DNA of 64,000 nucleotides from Antedon mediterranea (lineage: Eukaryota; Animalia; Echinodermata): positions 8,370,001 to 8,434,000 of the forward strand of contig NC_092671.1 in NCBI RefSeq assembly GCF_964355755.1, written 5' to 3'. Shown piece after piece: positions 1 through 12,082 of this stretch (position 1 is its first letter; each line of letters starts with the position of its first letter). Both the position numbers and the translations under genes were made by a program. Below the pieces are notes generated by a model, which was not told the DNA's origin, made no database searches, and saw only the letters and a program-made list of their open reading frames with translations.

Positions 1-420
1 CAATATTATTAAAATGACCATTATATACCTATAAGATTTAAAATTCTAATTTGTAAGCAATTGAAGATTTGTTGCGTCTGACTTGGCCTTCGTTAAACAA
101 ACGTTGCTTTGATTAAATATGACAATCTATTTCCCTTGTCCTTGTATTCGTGGGCAGCATTAGGTCAGTCCACTGTCTAATTTATATATACATTGCTATT
201 AATAATATAATATTGAATAATCCATTATCGATAATACGGGCACCTTGAACAGAAGTAGAAAGAATGGTGAGTCTCTTTATTCTGAACACAAAGGGAGCGC
301 ACACTATTACCTCACTATGTTATAGGACTAGACTGTTATGATGTCCGTTTACCTCGTTCTTTATCATGCTAATTATTGCCTCATTTAAATACAACTGTGT
401 ATAAGTATAGGCCTACAATA

Positions 421-1455
421 GGGGGTCACGAAACCTAAGACCATGAAAGCTAAGACCCCCTAAGACCGAAGATCACGAAAGCTAAGACCCAAGACCTAAG
501 ATTACAAATTCTAAGATATACTACAGCTTAAAAACAATACTTGTTTATCCATACATAATTTTAAACACAGTAGGTTTCATTTATTACCATAAATATAATT
601 AAATACTACCGCAAAACATTGATAAACTCACATTATTTTCGCCCGTTGAGTAAATGTATATTTTTTTCTTTACAACAAACAAACTTGACGGGTTGTTTGT
701 TGGTATATGTTTACTCCATTGTGTTGGTTCAGAAGATGTTTTTCTTACGCACCTGCCTTTCTTGTATTTTGACTCCAAATTTGTTGACTAACTTTATCCT
801 GAATACCACACTTTAAAATTAGGATTTATAAGTACTTTCAGACGGAGAAACACATAAAAACAAATAAATAAATCCTTTAAATTGATGATTTTACAGACAT
901 GTTTCCCAATGCTCAATGTTTTTGTTTCTATGGAGCGCCAAAAGAGCAACAATAATAGTACAAGTATAAAAACAGAAAGAAAACGAAACAAATCATGATT
1001 TTTAAATTAAAATTTATTTGCCAGTATTTATTTCTTCGTACTTGCATGATTATACTATTATCATTACAATTTTAATTTTACAGAGTTTTCAGCCCTGTAT
1101 ATAATTTTTGCTCTTTTAACGTTCCATAGAAACAAAAACATTGAACATGGTAGGCCTACTGCTACTGTACTAGACTGTAGGCTAGTCATGCGAAATTCGC
1201 AAACAGTTTGTGTGCGAGAAAAACGTCTGTAAAATCATCAATTTAAAAAAGTATTTGTTACTTTTTATGTGATTCTTTTTCATAAAAGTGCCAATTCTAA
1301 GTTGTGGTATTCAGAATAAATGTTGGGAGTTAAAATACAATTACAAGGCAGGTGCGAAAGATAAATATTTGTAATCTTAGGTCTTGGGTCTTAGCTTTCG
1401 TGATCTTAGGTCTTAGGGGGTCTTAGCTTTCGTGGTCTTAGGTTTCGTGACACCC
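421..1455. mobile_element. Non-autonomous Mutator-like (MULE) foldback MITE, copy 1
   Basis: TIRs GGG(G/T)GTCACGAAACCTAAGACC... / ...GGTCTTAGGTTTCGTGACACCC, flanked by a perfect 10-bp direct repeat GCCTACAATA (411-420, 1456-1465). Subterminal (C)TAAGAC repeats and long diverged inverted arms (~745-960 vs ~1100-1365). A near-identical inverted copy is at 48482-49552. Confidence 0.9.
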
Positions 1456-1622
1456 GCCTACAATAGTCTCTCGTTGATTTCAGTTTTGATGATGAGACTA
1501 TATTATTCTTGAAAAACATGACGCTATTTTAAGGCACTTTTCCTGTTCATTAAATGCCTTATGATCTTGATTTTAACTACTGTTCCATTCAATGTCGGTC
1601 GTTATCTTAGTATTTGTTTAAC

Positions 1623-1654
1623 CATGGAGGTATAAAAATATGTATACCTCCATG
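1623..1654. mobile_element. 32-bp hairpin CATGGAGGTATA...TATACCTCCATG with 7-bp TSD (P-superfamily-like mini-element or footprint)
   Basis: GTTTAAC at 1616-1622 and 1655-1661 flanks a 12-bp inverted repeat that starts with CATGG. Confidence 0.6.
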
Positions 1655-1701
1655 GTTTAACCATGTACTTATTTACAGTCAGCGAACTGGGAGATGTTAA
1701 T

Positions 1702-1760
1702 CGGGGATTGACCCGGGTCTTTCTGTGTGACAATTCAGTATCTTAACCATTCGAATACCG
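1702..1760 (-). pseudogene. Degenerate tRNA-Asp(GTC)-derived sequence / SINE head
   Basis: The reverse complement reads CGGTATTCGAATGGTTAAGATACTGAATTGTCACACAGAAAGACCCGGGTCAATCCCC: A-box-like region, GTC in an anticodon-loop-like context and a degenerate B-box. Too degenerate to be a functional tRNA. Confidence 0.35.
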
Positions 1761-4374
1761 CAAATCCGTTCCTTGATTAGAATAAATAAAACTTAATTCA
1801 AAAGTTAGAAATACACATGGAGAGAAAGAGAGAATCTAAAAAAAAAGTGAGAGGAGCAGAATGCAGACTCTTAACCTGCAAAATGAGGACGGCTGTCATC
1901 TGCAAAACTGGCAGAAATTCCGTATTCTTTATATACTTATTGGTAATGAGATCAAAGAGTCATAAGAGGTATTAGGAATGAAAGTGAAAGTCAGGAAACA
2001 ATTAATCTGGACCAAAATGTCTATTATATAAAACATAGGTCTTTGGATTGATTATTTTTACTAGGAAAGTGAAGTAAACACTCATATTTTCCGTGTGAAA
2101 CTATACGGTAGGGCCTAAATGCCGTAGAAGGTACTCCAACCTCCGACTTGGGGAAAACACAGTCCATTATAGGTACGGTATAGAAACATTAAACATTATT
2201 GGAATTATTTTGGTTTTTGTGTATATCACTTATTATTTTCATTGGGATGACTATTTTTAAACCACGAGGGGAGTAATATACACGCCACCATAGTAACAAG
2301 GAGAAGAGTCAAATTTACTCTTCCCTGCTAACACCAATAAGTGGTGGCGTTAGTGACCATAGAGGTAAAAATATCGTGGGAAATCAAGTTGTCTACAAGT
2401 TCGTTAGCGTGTTTTATTTGAGTTTGACAGAAGAAACAGGAAACAGACCCGGAACCATTTAAGAAGGTAATGCGTAAGGTGTATTATCTTTACTTAATTG
2501 AATTGTTCTTTCATAAGTTAACATAAGATCCTTGTTCTAGTATAGGAAGTTGTTGGACGACCGTGTTTTCAACAATCCTTTCCTTCGCGTATTGATGTAT
2601 AGCAGTCGTGGCAGTAGTTCATTTACCATTGCCCTGTTATTAGCTAGATATTTTGCAATAACCAGGGGCCATTTAAACGTTGAACCTAACATACATCATC
2701 ATAAAACCTGCAACGAAATGGGGGGGGGGGGGTTCAGCCTTAAAGTTTTAACTTATTTGACCTCCATCCACACTCATGTTTCTTTTTTTATAATTAATCT
2801 ATGTTTTATTAGAATGTACAACTGTATTATTTGATGTATGTGGAAAATGTTATAAAACAAACAAGCAAAACAAACGATCAGACATCTTATTGACAGGTAT
2901 CGCGGATGGTACCTGAGCCCCTTTTTTAAAAATACCTGCAGCCTATGTGGATTCCTCACACCTCTCTGCTAAACCTGTAATTTAGTAGTTCCAGCCTGGA
3001 GGTTAAATTTTGGCTTAATGGCTCCTGGACACATACTGTACAAGTTTTTCTTTTCGAATTTAGTACCGATTGAGAACATTCAGATTTTACAGATGGAAAA
3101 CAAATATTGTAAACTATTGAGCATAGGCATACTTAATAACTTATTAAATGTTGGGCTGTAATGGATGAGATCTGACAAAAACTCTCTACCTACTTACAAC
3201 ATATCCTATATAAGTACATTTATCAATGCCACAGAATCATAATTGAACCATTACTATCGCAGCTAATTTTCCGTTTCAAAGTTTCAGTCGAAAGTTGGTA
3301 ATGTTTTTCTTGCATTTAAATTAATAGGGCCTAGCCTATGTGCATAATGATTGTATTTTTCGAAATCTATGGAAATCCAATTAGAAATACAATGAAAGAA
3401 ATATGGAAATATGGCCCAGAAAATATGTAATGTTGAGGATGAACGAAACCACAAAACAATCTTACATAAGGATTCAATAGTATACTGACATCCTATAAAC
3501 AGACGTCAAATACGATTCGACAACAAGGGTTTCATTGTTTGTCTCCTGCCTAGTTCATGTCCTCCTCTAAGGTGAACACACTTATTTTATATCAAGTATT
3601 TACCTGTCTTTTAAAAAAAAATGTTTGAAACGGTAATAACATAGGGAGATTTTTCAAGTTTGGAGAAACTGCGCGAAGATAATTGGGTAAATCTCGTTCA
3701 CATTGTACGGATCTCGGAGACATCTCGGAGACACCCATTAAATTTAATTTCAATTTATTTTTATTTCCACAATATAATAAAATACATACATAAATGCAAC
3801 GCTTATCGTAAACTGAATCTTCTAGCTCCGTATTTGTAGTTTAATTAATAAAATAGGAATATAGACCTAAAACTACAGATTGACAAACGTACAGTGCATC
3901 ACATTGTGGATGTGATGGCGACAACCATTGAATCAGGAAAGTCTCTTTTTTAGATATATATTATATGTAGGCCTATATAAGTTTCATATCTTTTTTAGGC
4001 CAAAATGCAAGGCATATTTTGTTGATTTAGAAGTTCTGTCTAAATCCACAAACATGCCACTGGTTATGCAATGTTACCGTAGGTCATTAAACTAAAAAAA
4101 AACCTATACAATAAACTTTAAACAAATAAATAATAGTGTTTAGAAAAAAAATTAGAAAATAACATTTTAAGGAAATAGGAGTGTAATATACTAAACATCC
4201 TGGTAGGTAAACATAATTTCCAGGAACTGTTGAATCAAATCATTGAAATTAGTGTTATTAAAGTTATTTCAGACTCAACGACTTCACACAGTGACGAATA
4301 CAGACAATATAAGAAAAAATCGAGAGTGAATGAAAGTGAGTGAATAATATGCTTAGGTTGCGTTCATCCCTTGT

Positions 4375-4534
4375 AAGCTTGGTTTCCACTTAGACACGCA
4401 GCTCAGGACGTAGACGGCAACGCAAACGAGTTTGTTGAATAAGCGACTGTTTGTATAATCCATTACTTGTGATTGGTCAAATCACGTTGCGTTACGTCCT
4501 TGCGTTATTGTGTCCCTAGTGCAGTGGGAACCAA
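4375..4534. mobile_element. Short palindromic MITE (AAGCTTGGTTTCCACT...AGTGGGAACCAAG family)
   Basis: Imperfect terminal inverted repeats and an internal TGTGATTGGTCAAA motif. Related copies at ~14604-14730 and ~53998-54110. Confidence 0.5.
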
Positions 4535-7460
4535 GAGAGTTTTATACAATATTTTCTACTGCACGCATCCAAGAGGTATTAAAATGACTGGAATTAGGCC
4601 TAGGCTAATCATGTTTACCGATAGGCCTATATGTCATTAGAACATAAAGTGAGTACCCGCTCTGTTCGGTAATCTTTGCTGAAAAATGGCCGCCTTTTAA
4701 TCAGCTCCACGTGATCGCAATGGACGATGCATACTTTTGTAAAATCATAAATATTAGAAACAAAAATGTATTGTTTTTTTTAATTTGGGAAAATAATAAT
4801 GCTATATTGGTAACTGTCTTTGAGTAAGCCTCTATTTATGAAGTAAGCGCCATGCCACAGTGAAATCTCACACATCGCCGTCAAATACTTAATCTTGTCG
4901 GATAATTATAAAATCGTTTTTCTTATGATTAAAACTTAAATACCTGGAAAAGTATAATCCATGGTCCTTACATAGGATCTTATTGGCTTAATGGGCATGG
5001 AGTGTTGATTACTAAAACAGAATAAAACAATACAAGTGAAAGTGTGTTTGCTCTAGTGACCATTATTATTATGGACAATCCTTGGCCTTTAGGTGTCTAT
5101 ATCCGTAAATGTACTACGTTGTATACCGTCGGAGCATAGACTCTCTTATAGCCACGAGAATTGAAGTGTTGCGGTTGGGAAAGACTGGCTATCGGGAAAT
5201 ATGAGTTAGGGGAAGTGAAATACGTTAAATATTGTTGACATTTTTAGAAGGGGTTTGGGGTCGGATCCATCCGGCGTCAAAGGGCACGAGGTCATTTATT
5301 TAATGGCTAAAAAATATATATATTTATTTTTCCTTTGAACGAATTTTATGACACTCTTATTGGAAAATAATTCATTCTGATCACGGTATTATTATTATAT
5401 TTTATAGAAAAGTACTCGATATTGTTCCAATACAAATACGTTTCTTTAAAGAAAAACATGGGTCCATATTATCGGAAAACAATAAAGTAATTATTAGGCC
5501 TATAACAGGAAAATGTGACGAGAATTTAAAAACTGGCCAATATTACATAACTTATGAACTATAAATAAGTTTACTCAATTGCCAAAGCGATATTATTCAT
5601 GGTAAAGGGAATATATAACTATGAACACTTTTTTATTTTGATAATAACAAATCCATTTGACGTGAGCGGATTTAAAAGATGATTTTGTCCTTGTAACAGC
5701 AAGATTTATTCAACCAATTACTATTTAAAAACAAATTTATTGAAATACAGTAATACGGATATTGTTTAAAACTTATATTTTCTCAATGCTTTCCACTCTT
5801 TCTAAAATATATGTTTTATATTATCAATTTATTATGTTATTATGGAGGCCTATTACTCTTCACTTTCCCTTATTCTACCACATTTCTATATCACCTCTGA
5901 CACCACAGATTTCGTCGAATAAGAAAAGTAAAGAACCCCACCGCAATAAACACATTTTTCTGCTTTTCCGTTTACTTACTTTCTCTTCCATGCTCTTTCA
6001 TATTTTCTTTGCAATCAATAAACCATTATTATTTTTAATTATCTTGATGAAAATTATGTCAATGACTTTAAACCTAATGTGTAACACTGATCTTACTAAC
6101 GGTGCTAAATAAAAGATTAAAATTGAATCGTTTTTGATGTCATATCGACTGCATGATAAAGATCATCAATTAACTAAATAATTGTCCACTTTAATGAATA
6201 ATTATACTTCTAATGGTACGTGCCGTTTGTATTGTTAAAGTTTCAACAGAAACTAATCAATATGAAATTGAATTTGAAGTAAACTATAGGTTATAGAGAT
6301 AGTAATAGTATGAAAGAATTAACAAAGCGAGAAAAGGTTACCGTAACACTTTGTATTGATCTGGGAATGATTATATTGTTTTGTGTCGTTCGCGATCTGG
6401 GTTGAAATTCCATCGGTTGCCGAAAGGTTAATTGAACATTCCAAGATAGATACTGTACGGTAATACTTTGAATAACAAAATCACTTATTGTACTTTTAAA
6501 TGCTATCATAATAATCTTTGTATTATTGTAATTTTGTTGTTTATATCAACAGATTTTACTGGGAAAAAAATAAACATGGTAAAATTTAATATGGAAATAG
6601 CGAAGGAAAGGAAACGACCATGTTTATTTATCCACGAATTGTTCCTTCACATACTCAAACAGAGTATTTTTATATGAGGCAATACAAATATCCAGGTAGC
6701 CTGTGAAGATGTCTTGATTTAATTGCATGCCAGGGTAATTATGACAATATGATATCAAACCCATTAATTAATACATAACTGGTTAAGGGGCTGACTGGTT
6801 GATTTACCCAACCTAAAAAACCTAAGGACGATTGATATTCCGTTAGGATTCAGCCCAGGAAAATCTGGGATAATCAAACGTAAATGTACGTAGCGATTTT
6901 GAGACTCGCCCTAAAGCGTACAACCCGTATATTATTAATTTGTTTCATAATTTGTTTCTTAACTATTAAATCTCTGAATGTGTGCTATAACAACTCACTG
7001 AGAATGTTGCTATGCGAACCTAAGCATTGTGTACTAATGTAGTAACACGTTTGCCACGATACGAGGAAAATCCCCTCTTTTTACGAACAAATACGTACGC
7101 AAGTGCGTCTATGATTTTAGATTAAGAGTTTTGAATAGTGAAAATGATATTGTTAGGTGTGCTACAAACTATCTGTTACGATCTTCAAATCTCTTCACTA
7201 AATGGGTGATCTGAAAATCCTATTTTAGTGTGATTTTCTGTTTTGTATTGTTTATTGTAGGCCTATATTTGGGCGATTCTCATCAACACAGAGAGTTTAC
7301 TTTATATGGAATGTCTATTCTGAAATAAAGGGAGCAATCAATATGCGTAACAGCACTAAGCATGAATCCGATAATTATTTTCATGGTGGTATTATCAGTT
7401 ATCTTATATAAATTATTTCTCCGTCTCTCAATGATAACAATACTAAAATAAATATATATA

Positions 7461-7645
7461 TTTGCACTTGCACTGATGAAGGACTGTGTTGCCCGAAAGC
7501 TCTGCTAATTTTTCTGGCTGTTTTACTTTTTATCGTTTTGATTTAGCTTTTTGCTTATTTTATTTTGTATCTCCATTGAGAGATCCAGCCACTGATACTC
7601 ACAGCATTGTCATTATTTTCAGTAATTTGCCTTTGGATTTATATA
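7461..7645 (+). mobile_element. Penelope-like pseudo-LTR fragment with a minimal hammerhead ribozyme core, copy 1
   Basis: TGCA-CTGATGA-A-GGAC...GCCC-GAAA-GCTC-TGC at ~7469-7505. About 185 bp are shared with 25876-26050. Confidence 0.65.
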
Positions 7646-7986
7646 TTTGCTGAACGATATATTTTGACCGAAAATTTAAGATTTTCAAGCTTTTTTAACG
7701 ATAGGCCTAGCTCAGAATCACCATGGGGGAAAAATAAAAGATTCACCAACGCGCGACGTAAACAACAAAATATACACAATCAGTCTAAATAGATGATATT
7801 CACATGTTCAGTACAAAAGTACGCCAGACACAATAGATTATTAGATAACAATAACACATTCAACTCTACAGTAACCACATAAAATATATTTCAAACAACA
7901 TTAGGAGGGTCAACTATGAAACTTGCCAACGGAATCGTAAAGAATAAACCTCATTTCCTTTTCCTCATAACAACAGTGTTGAATCA

Positions 7987-8045
7987 CAAAGAATTGACGT
8001 ACTTTGAAATGTATTAAATACATTTCAAAGTACGTCAATTCTTTG
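7987..8045. repeat. Perfect 59-bp palindrome (29-bp arms, 1-nt loop)
   Basis: CAAAGAATTGACGTACTTTGAAATGTATT-A-AATACATTTCAAAGTACGTCAATTCTTTG. Confidence 0.95.
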
Positions 8046-8487
8046 GACAATTAATTCTGTGAATATAGTAAACCTATTCTACATTTGATTGTTCTCAGTG
8101 TTTCCCTAATTTTGAAATTATGTAATTGATTATATTTAGTATTTAGCGCTGCTTAAGAAGCTTATCGAGGCCTGTTTATAGTGACGAGATAATAAAATCC
8201 TGGTATTTTTGTATTATTTAATCAGGATAAAAGCCATAATCTGTGATATTAAGGTCAAACGTAAAATAAACAATGATAATACATAACCAATTAAAAGACT
8301 TTGATTTAATACTGTTACATTATTATTAGCTATTGGACCCCATTTGAAATAAGTTTACTTTTTATTTGTCGACTTAATGGGTTATCCTGGTATTCTTTTT
8401 TAATATGTACATTGTATATTTTAACTATTTTTATGAATATCGAATAAAATCAATCAGCTAACCAACTTGCTTTGTTACCTTCACAAT

Positions 8488-8517
8488 CATTGAGGTATAA
8501 AATTAGATACCTCCTTG
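8488..8517. mobile_element. 30-bp hairpin with 8-bp TSD (P-superfamily-like mini-element or footprint)
   Basis: TTCACAAT (8480-8487) CATTGAGGTATAAAATTAGATACCTCCTTG TTCACAAT (8518-8525). Same family as 1623-1654. Confidence 0.6.
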
Positions 8518-10025
8518 TTCACAATGGTAAGGGATATATACAAGAGGGCGACAGACAATGTCAAAATAATTATGGCTTTTAATTTTACCTGCTTGTCTTT
8601 CTGTGGGGTTTTATATGTTAAAGGATGCTCATATTTATATTTAATTATCTTCCTATTTATTTTTGTTTAAATTTTTATTTACCAAAAATCCCTGGCTGAC
8701 AGCCAATTCGACTATATTTTTCAAGTTCAAGTTCAAGTTAAAATTTATTGTCAAATAGGCCTACAAAGTAAATGAAATTTGCCTTTCAAGGTTCAAATAA
8801 CAATAAAAATAACAACAGTCAAAAACATACAATACTATACAATGGATAAGATAATATAAGAAAATATGCTTATGTATAAAACATTATGTAACAGCTTTAA
8901 ATTACAGGGTTTTTTTTCAGACAAATACATTTTTACATGTCACGTTGACATACATACTTTATACTTATTTATTTATTTACTTGTGTCTAATTTCTGCAAT
9001 TAGCCTTCATACACGAGTCTTCAACAATCTGCCGGTATCTGCGCACGGTGAATTTCTGTGTAGAATTAGTGGCACGTGAAGAGAACCATTTTATATCATC
9101 CGCGATCAATGCTACGGCTTAAATCTGTAAGTACGAGACCTCTATGGATGAACGACTTATATAAACTGAATTTCAAATAAACAAAGATAGATAAAACAGT
9201 GTTCTTGAATTGAATGTCAAACACAACACAACACGAGATGATGAAACAAAACTGCCCTGTTGTGCAAAAGTTCTTATCGGGTAAACATGTTTGCTAAATT
9301 TCTCATTAAAAAGTTGGTAAGTATAATATGTCTATATTTATACAAATATAATGTCGGTTATTCAGAACCAATCAGTGTGTTATTTGAGGAGGATTTTTTT
9401 CGTGCTAAACCCGTGGAATGAAATAACCAAAATTAATTAATTATCATAATTATTTACCTTTATTAGAAATTCTAATAGTTTTCATTATTTCCATTGATTT
9501 AAGTTATTATACCGCCCTCACGTGTTTTGATAAGTTAGAAATTAAAAGCACAGCAAATGTGTGATGCATGATGATAATAAGCGCGCTGCGGGGAAACAGG
9601 AAAGAGAGGGGAAAGGGAAGGCGAGAGAAGACACCGACGCGATAAGCCCGGGGTTGGTGTGCTTGAGTGTGGTGATGAATGGTTTATTGAATTCATTTAA
9701 TTTCTTTTTAGTAACATAGGCCTAGTTTTGATTTCATAAATGCATATAGATTAACGCAGGCTATCAGGATAAAAATTATAGCGTAGTGCTAGTAGGTAGG
9801 CCTGGCTAGTTAATTACAATTTAAACCCCTAGCCTAGGCCTAGCTAGCCGGCATAGATAGGCTAGCTTGCTACGCTCTAGGCCTAGCCTAGTAAGTAGTA
9901 TTGTCTAGACTAGGCTAGCTAGAGATTCCCTGGCTGTAAGAGGAGAGAAACAGGTTGTGGCTTGTGCAATATAACCCAGCTTTCAGCTAGCTAGCCTAGG
10001 ATAAACCTAGTAGAGGGCCTAGCTA

Positions 10026-11474
10026 TTTAATGAGTTATCCGCTTGGTATACCAAGTTACGTGAAGTTGTGCACCTATTTTTGAATGACGTCATAGTTGCG
10101 CAACGTGACTTACGCGCAATTTTATGAATTTCAATGATTGATCATAGATTAAAAACCAAAAGTCATTTAGTATTGACACTTTGACAAAATTTAAGTCATA
10201 TCAGGGGCAAACTTTCTACGGATTAAAAATGGCCTGTTTCACAAGAAGTTACGCGCGCACGCGCATTTAAAATTAATTTCTAATTAATTTCATTTTACGC
10301 GTTTCATATCATTTTGAGCATGTCAAAAATTCCCACGGGCGCGCAATTTTTTACGCACGCGGTGCGCACGTAGCAATAAAAACATATTTTTTTCTCTTGA
10401 ATTATATTTTTCAAGCCTTTCCTAGTAATTTTGAAAACAATTTAGACCTTTTCCAGTTTAAATAACGCCATACGAACACGTTGAATTAGACAATTTGTGC
10501 GCGTTTTTTATGAAAAAGCTTAAAAAATCATCAAAATAATGTCTTTTTTTAAACAGTCATAGTTTCTAAAGTAAACCGTGAACCGTTTATTTTTATTACA
10601 AAATCTAGAAGTTGATGAGTTGCAGATATCGGATCATGCATCGATAAGGCTAAAAAAACATTGTGACGTAATCGTATGGCCACACGAATGTAAAATATAG
10701 GATTTTTGTCTGTTTCGTTATTGCTCATCACATTCAATGGAGCGCATCACGCTTATCTGTATTCCTTTTTCTCCTATATTTATATATTGTCTAGGTCAAT
10801 CAACTTTCTTTAGCATGAGATAAAAATATTTTAATTTTATAACGTCATCATGCCTAAAAATTTTAATTACGTGGGTCATTAATTTCATATTTACAGTAAA
10901 TTTTAATCTGTAATAGCTCGTAAGAATAAAATGTGATAATCACGATTAAAACGTTTTCTGGAAGCTATAGGATTGTAGATACGAATTCATGTAAACATTT
11001 TGCCAATCGGATGTTGTGACGTCATCATATTGCCAGTTGAATAAAAAAAGTCGTATTTTCATATTTTGCGTAATAGTTCATCACATTTAAAAGGGTGCGC
11101 ATCTATATTTTACGTATTCAAATTTCTTCTACACGTTAATATGTTGTTCCTGAGATAATTTCCTTCTGAAATTGCTATTTAAGTGTTTCATTTTGATAAC
11201 GTCGCCATGTTAAAAATTGGAATAAATGGCGGGTCCCGTAATTTCACCTATTCTACACTGTATGTAATATGTATACAGATTATACTGTTTGCATGTATAT
11301 ACTATATGACACAAAATTGACAGAATTCAGCACTAACAGCATATCATATTCTTCAGTTCTTGTCATAATGCCATAATCTTTATCTGTGTGCAATATTCCA
11401 ACGTATGACGTGCACGTGGCGTTTGTCGTTGTGCGGATAACTAACTCGTCAAAGTGACGAGTTTCATGTCTAGT
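10026..11474 (+). mobile_element. Non-autonomous rolling-circle (Helitron/Helentron-like) element
   Basis: Subterminal inverted repeat AGTTATCCGC (10033) / GCGGATAACT (11433), a perfect 3' hairpin AACTCGTCA-AAG-TGACGAGTT (11443-11463) followed by TCATGTCTAGT, and no TSD. The interior is CpG-richer than the flanks. Confidence 0.6.
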
Positions 11475-12082
11475 TAGTATTTATTAGGTACATTTAATAT
11501 TATTTGCAGGTTTATTTACCATTTATTGGCCTTTATTATGCCTAGTAGGCCTATCTATAGTTATACCTCCATCATGTTTTATCTTATTAATTACACTTGC
11601 TAAACTCCAGAGTAGTGGTAGGCCTAGTAGACTTCATGGTTCAACTTCAATAATGTACTACTAGGCCTAGGCTACACAATAGTAACAGTATTAATAAAAT
11701 GTTTATCTAATTGAATTATCTGGCAGCAAGCCACTACCTCTTAATAATATAATACCAGGAAATGCAATCATCAATGTATCTAGGCCTGTAGTGTCAGTAA
11801 ATTCCGTCCATCATTTCAACTGTTAGCTCCATGTGAATCGGTATTAGTCATAATGGTAAGAGAGTATTAATTAACAAAGTAGAGTAGAGTAGTTATTGCC
11901 CCACATCCAGTATTCCCTTTTAATATAATAGTGTTAGTGTCTAGTTCTGGTGTTACTATTTATAAAAGTAATTTCATATTCGATATTATTTAAACCAACA
12001 TTTGCACACACGCTGTAAAAACTTTTTTTTTAAATTTTATTTTTAGGTATTATTAGAAGAATCAAAAAACATTTTTTCTAAT

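Noticed and set aside
619-991. Short ORFs 619-816 and 794-991, and the similar 48901-49083
   Set aside because: They lie inside the non-coding MULE MITE copies and show no transposase motifs.
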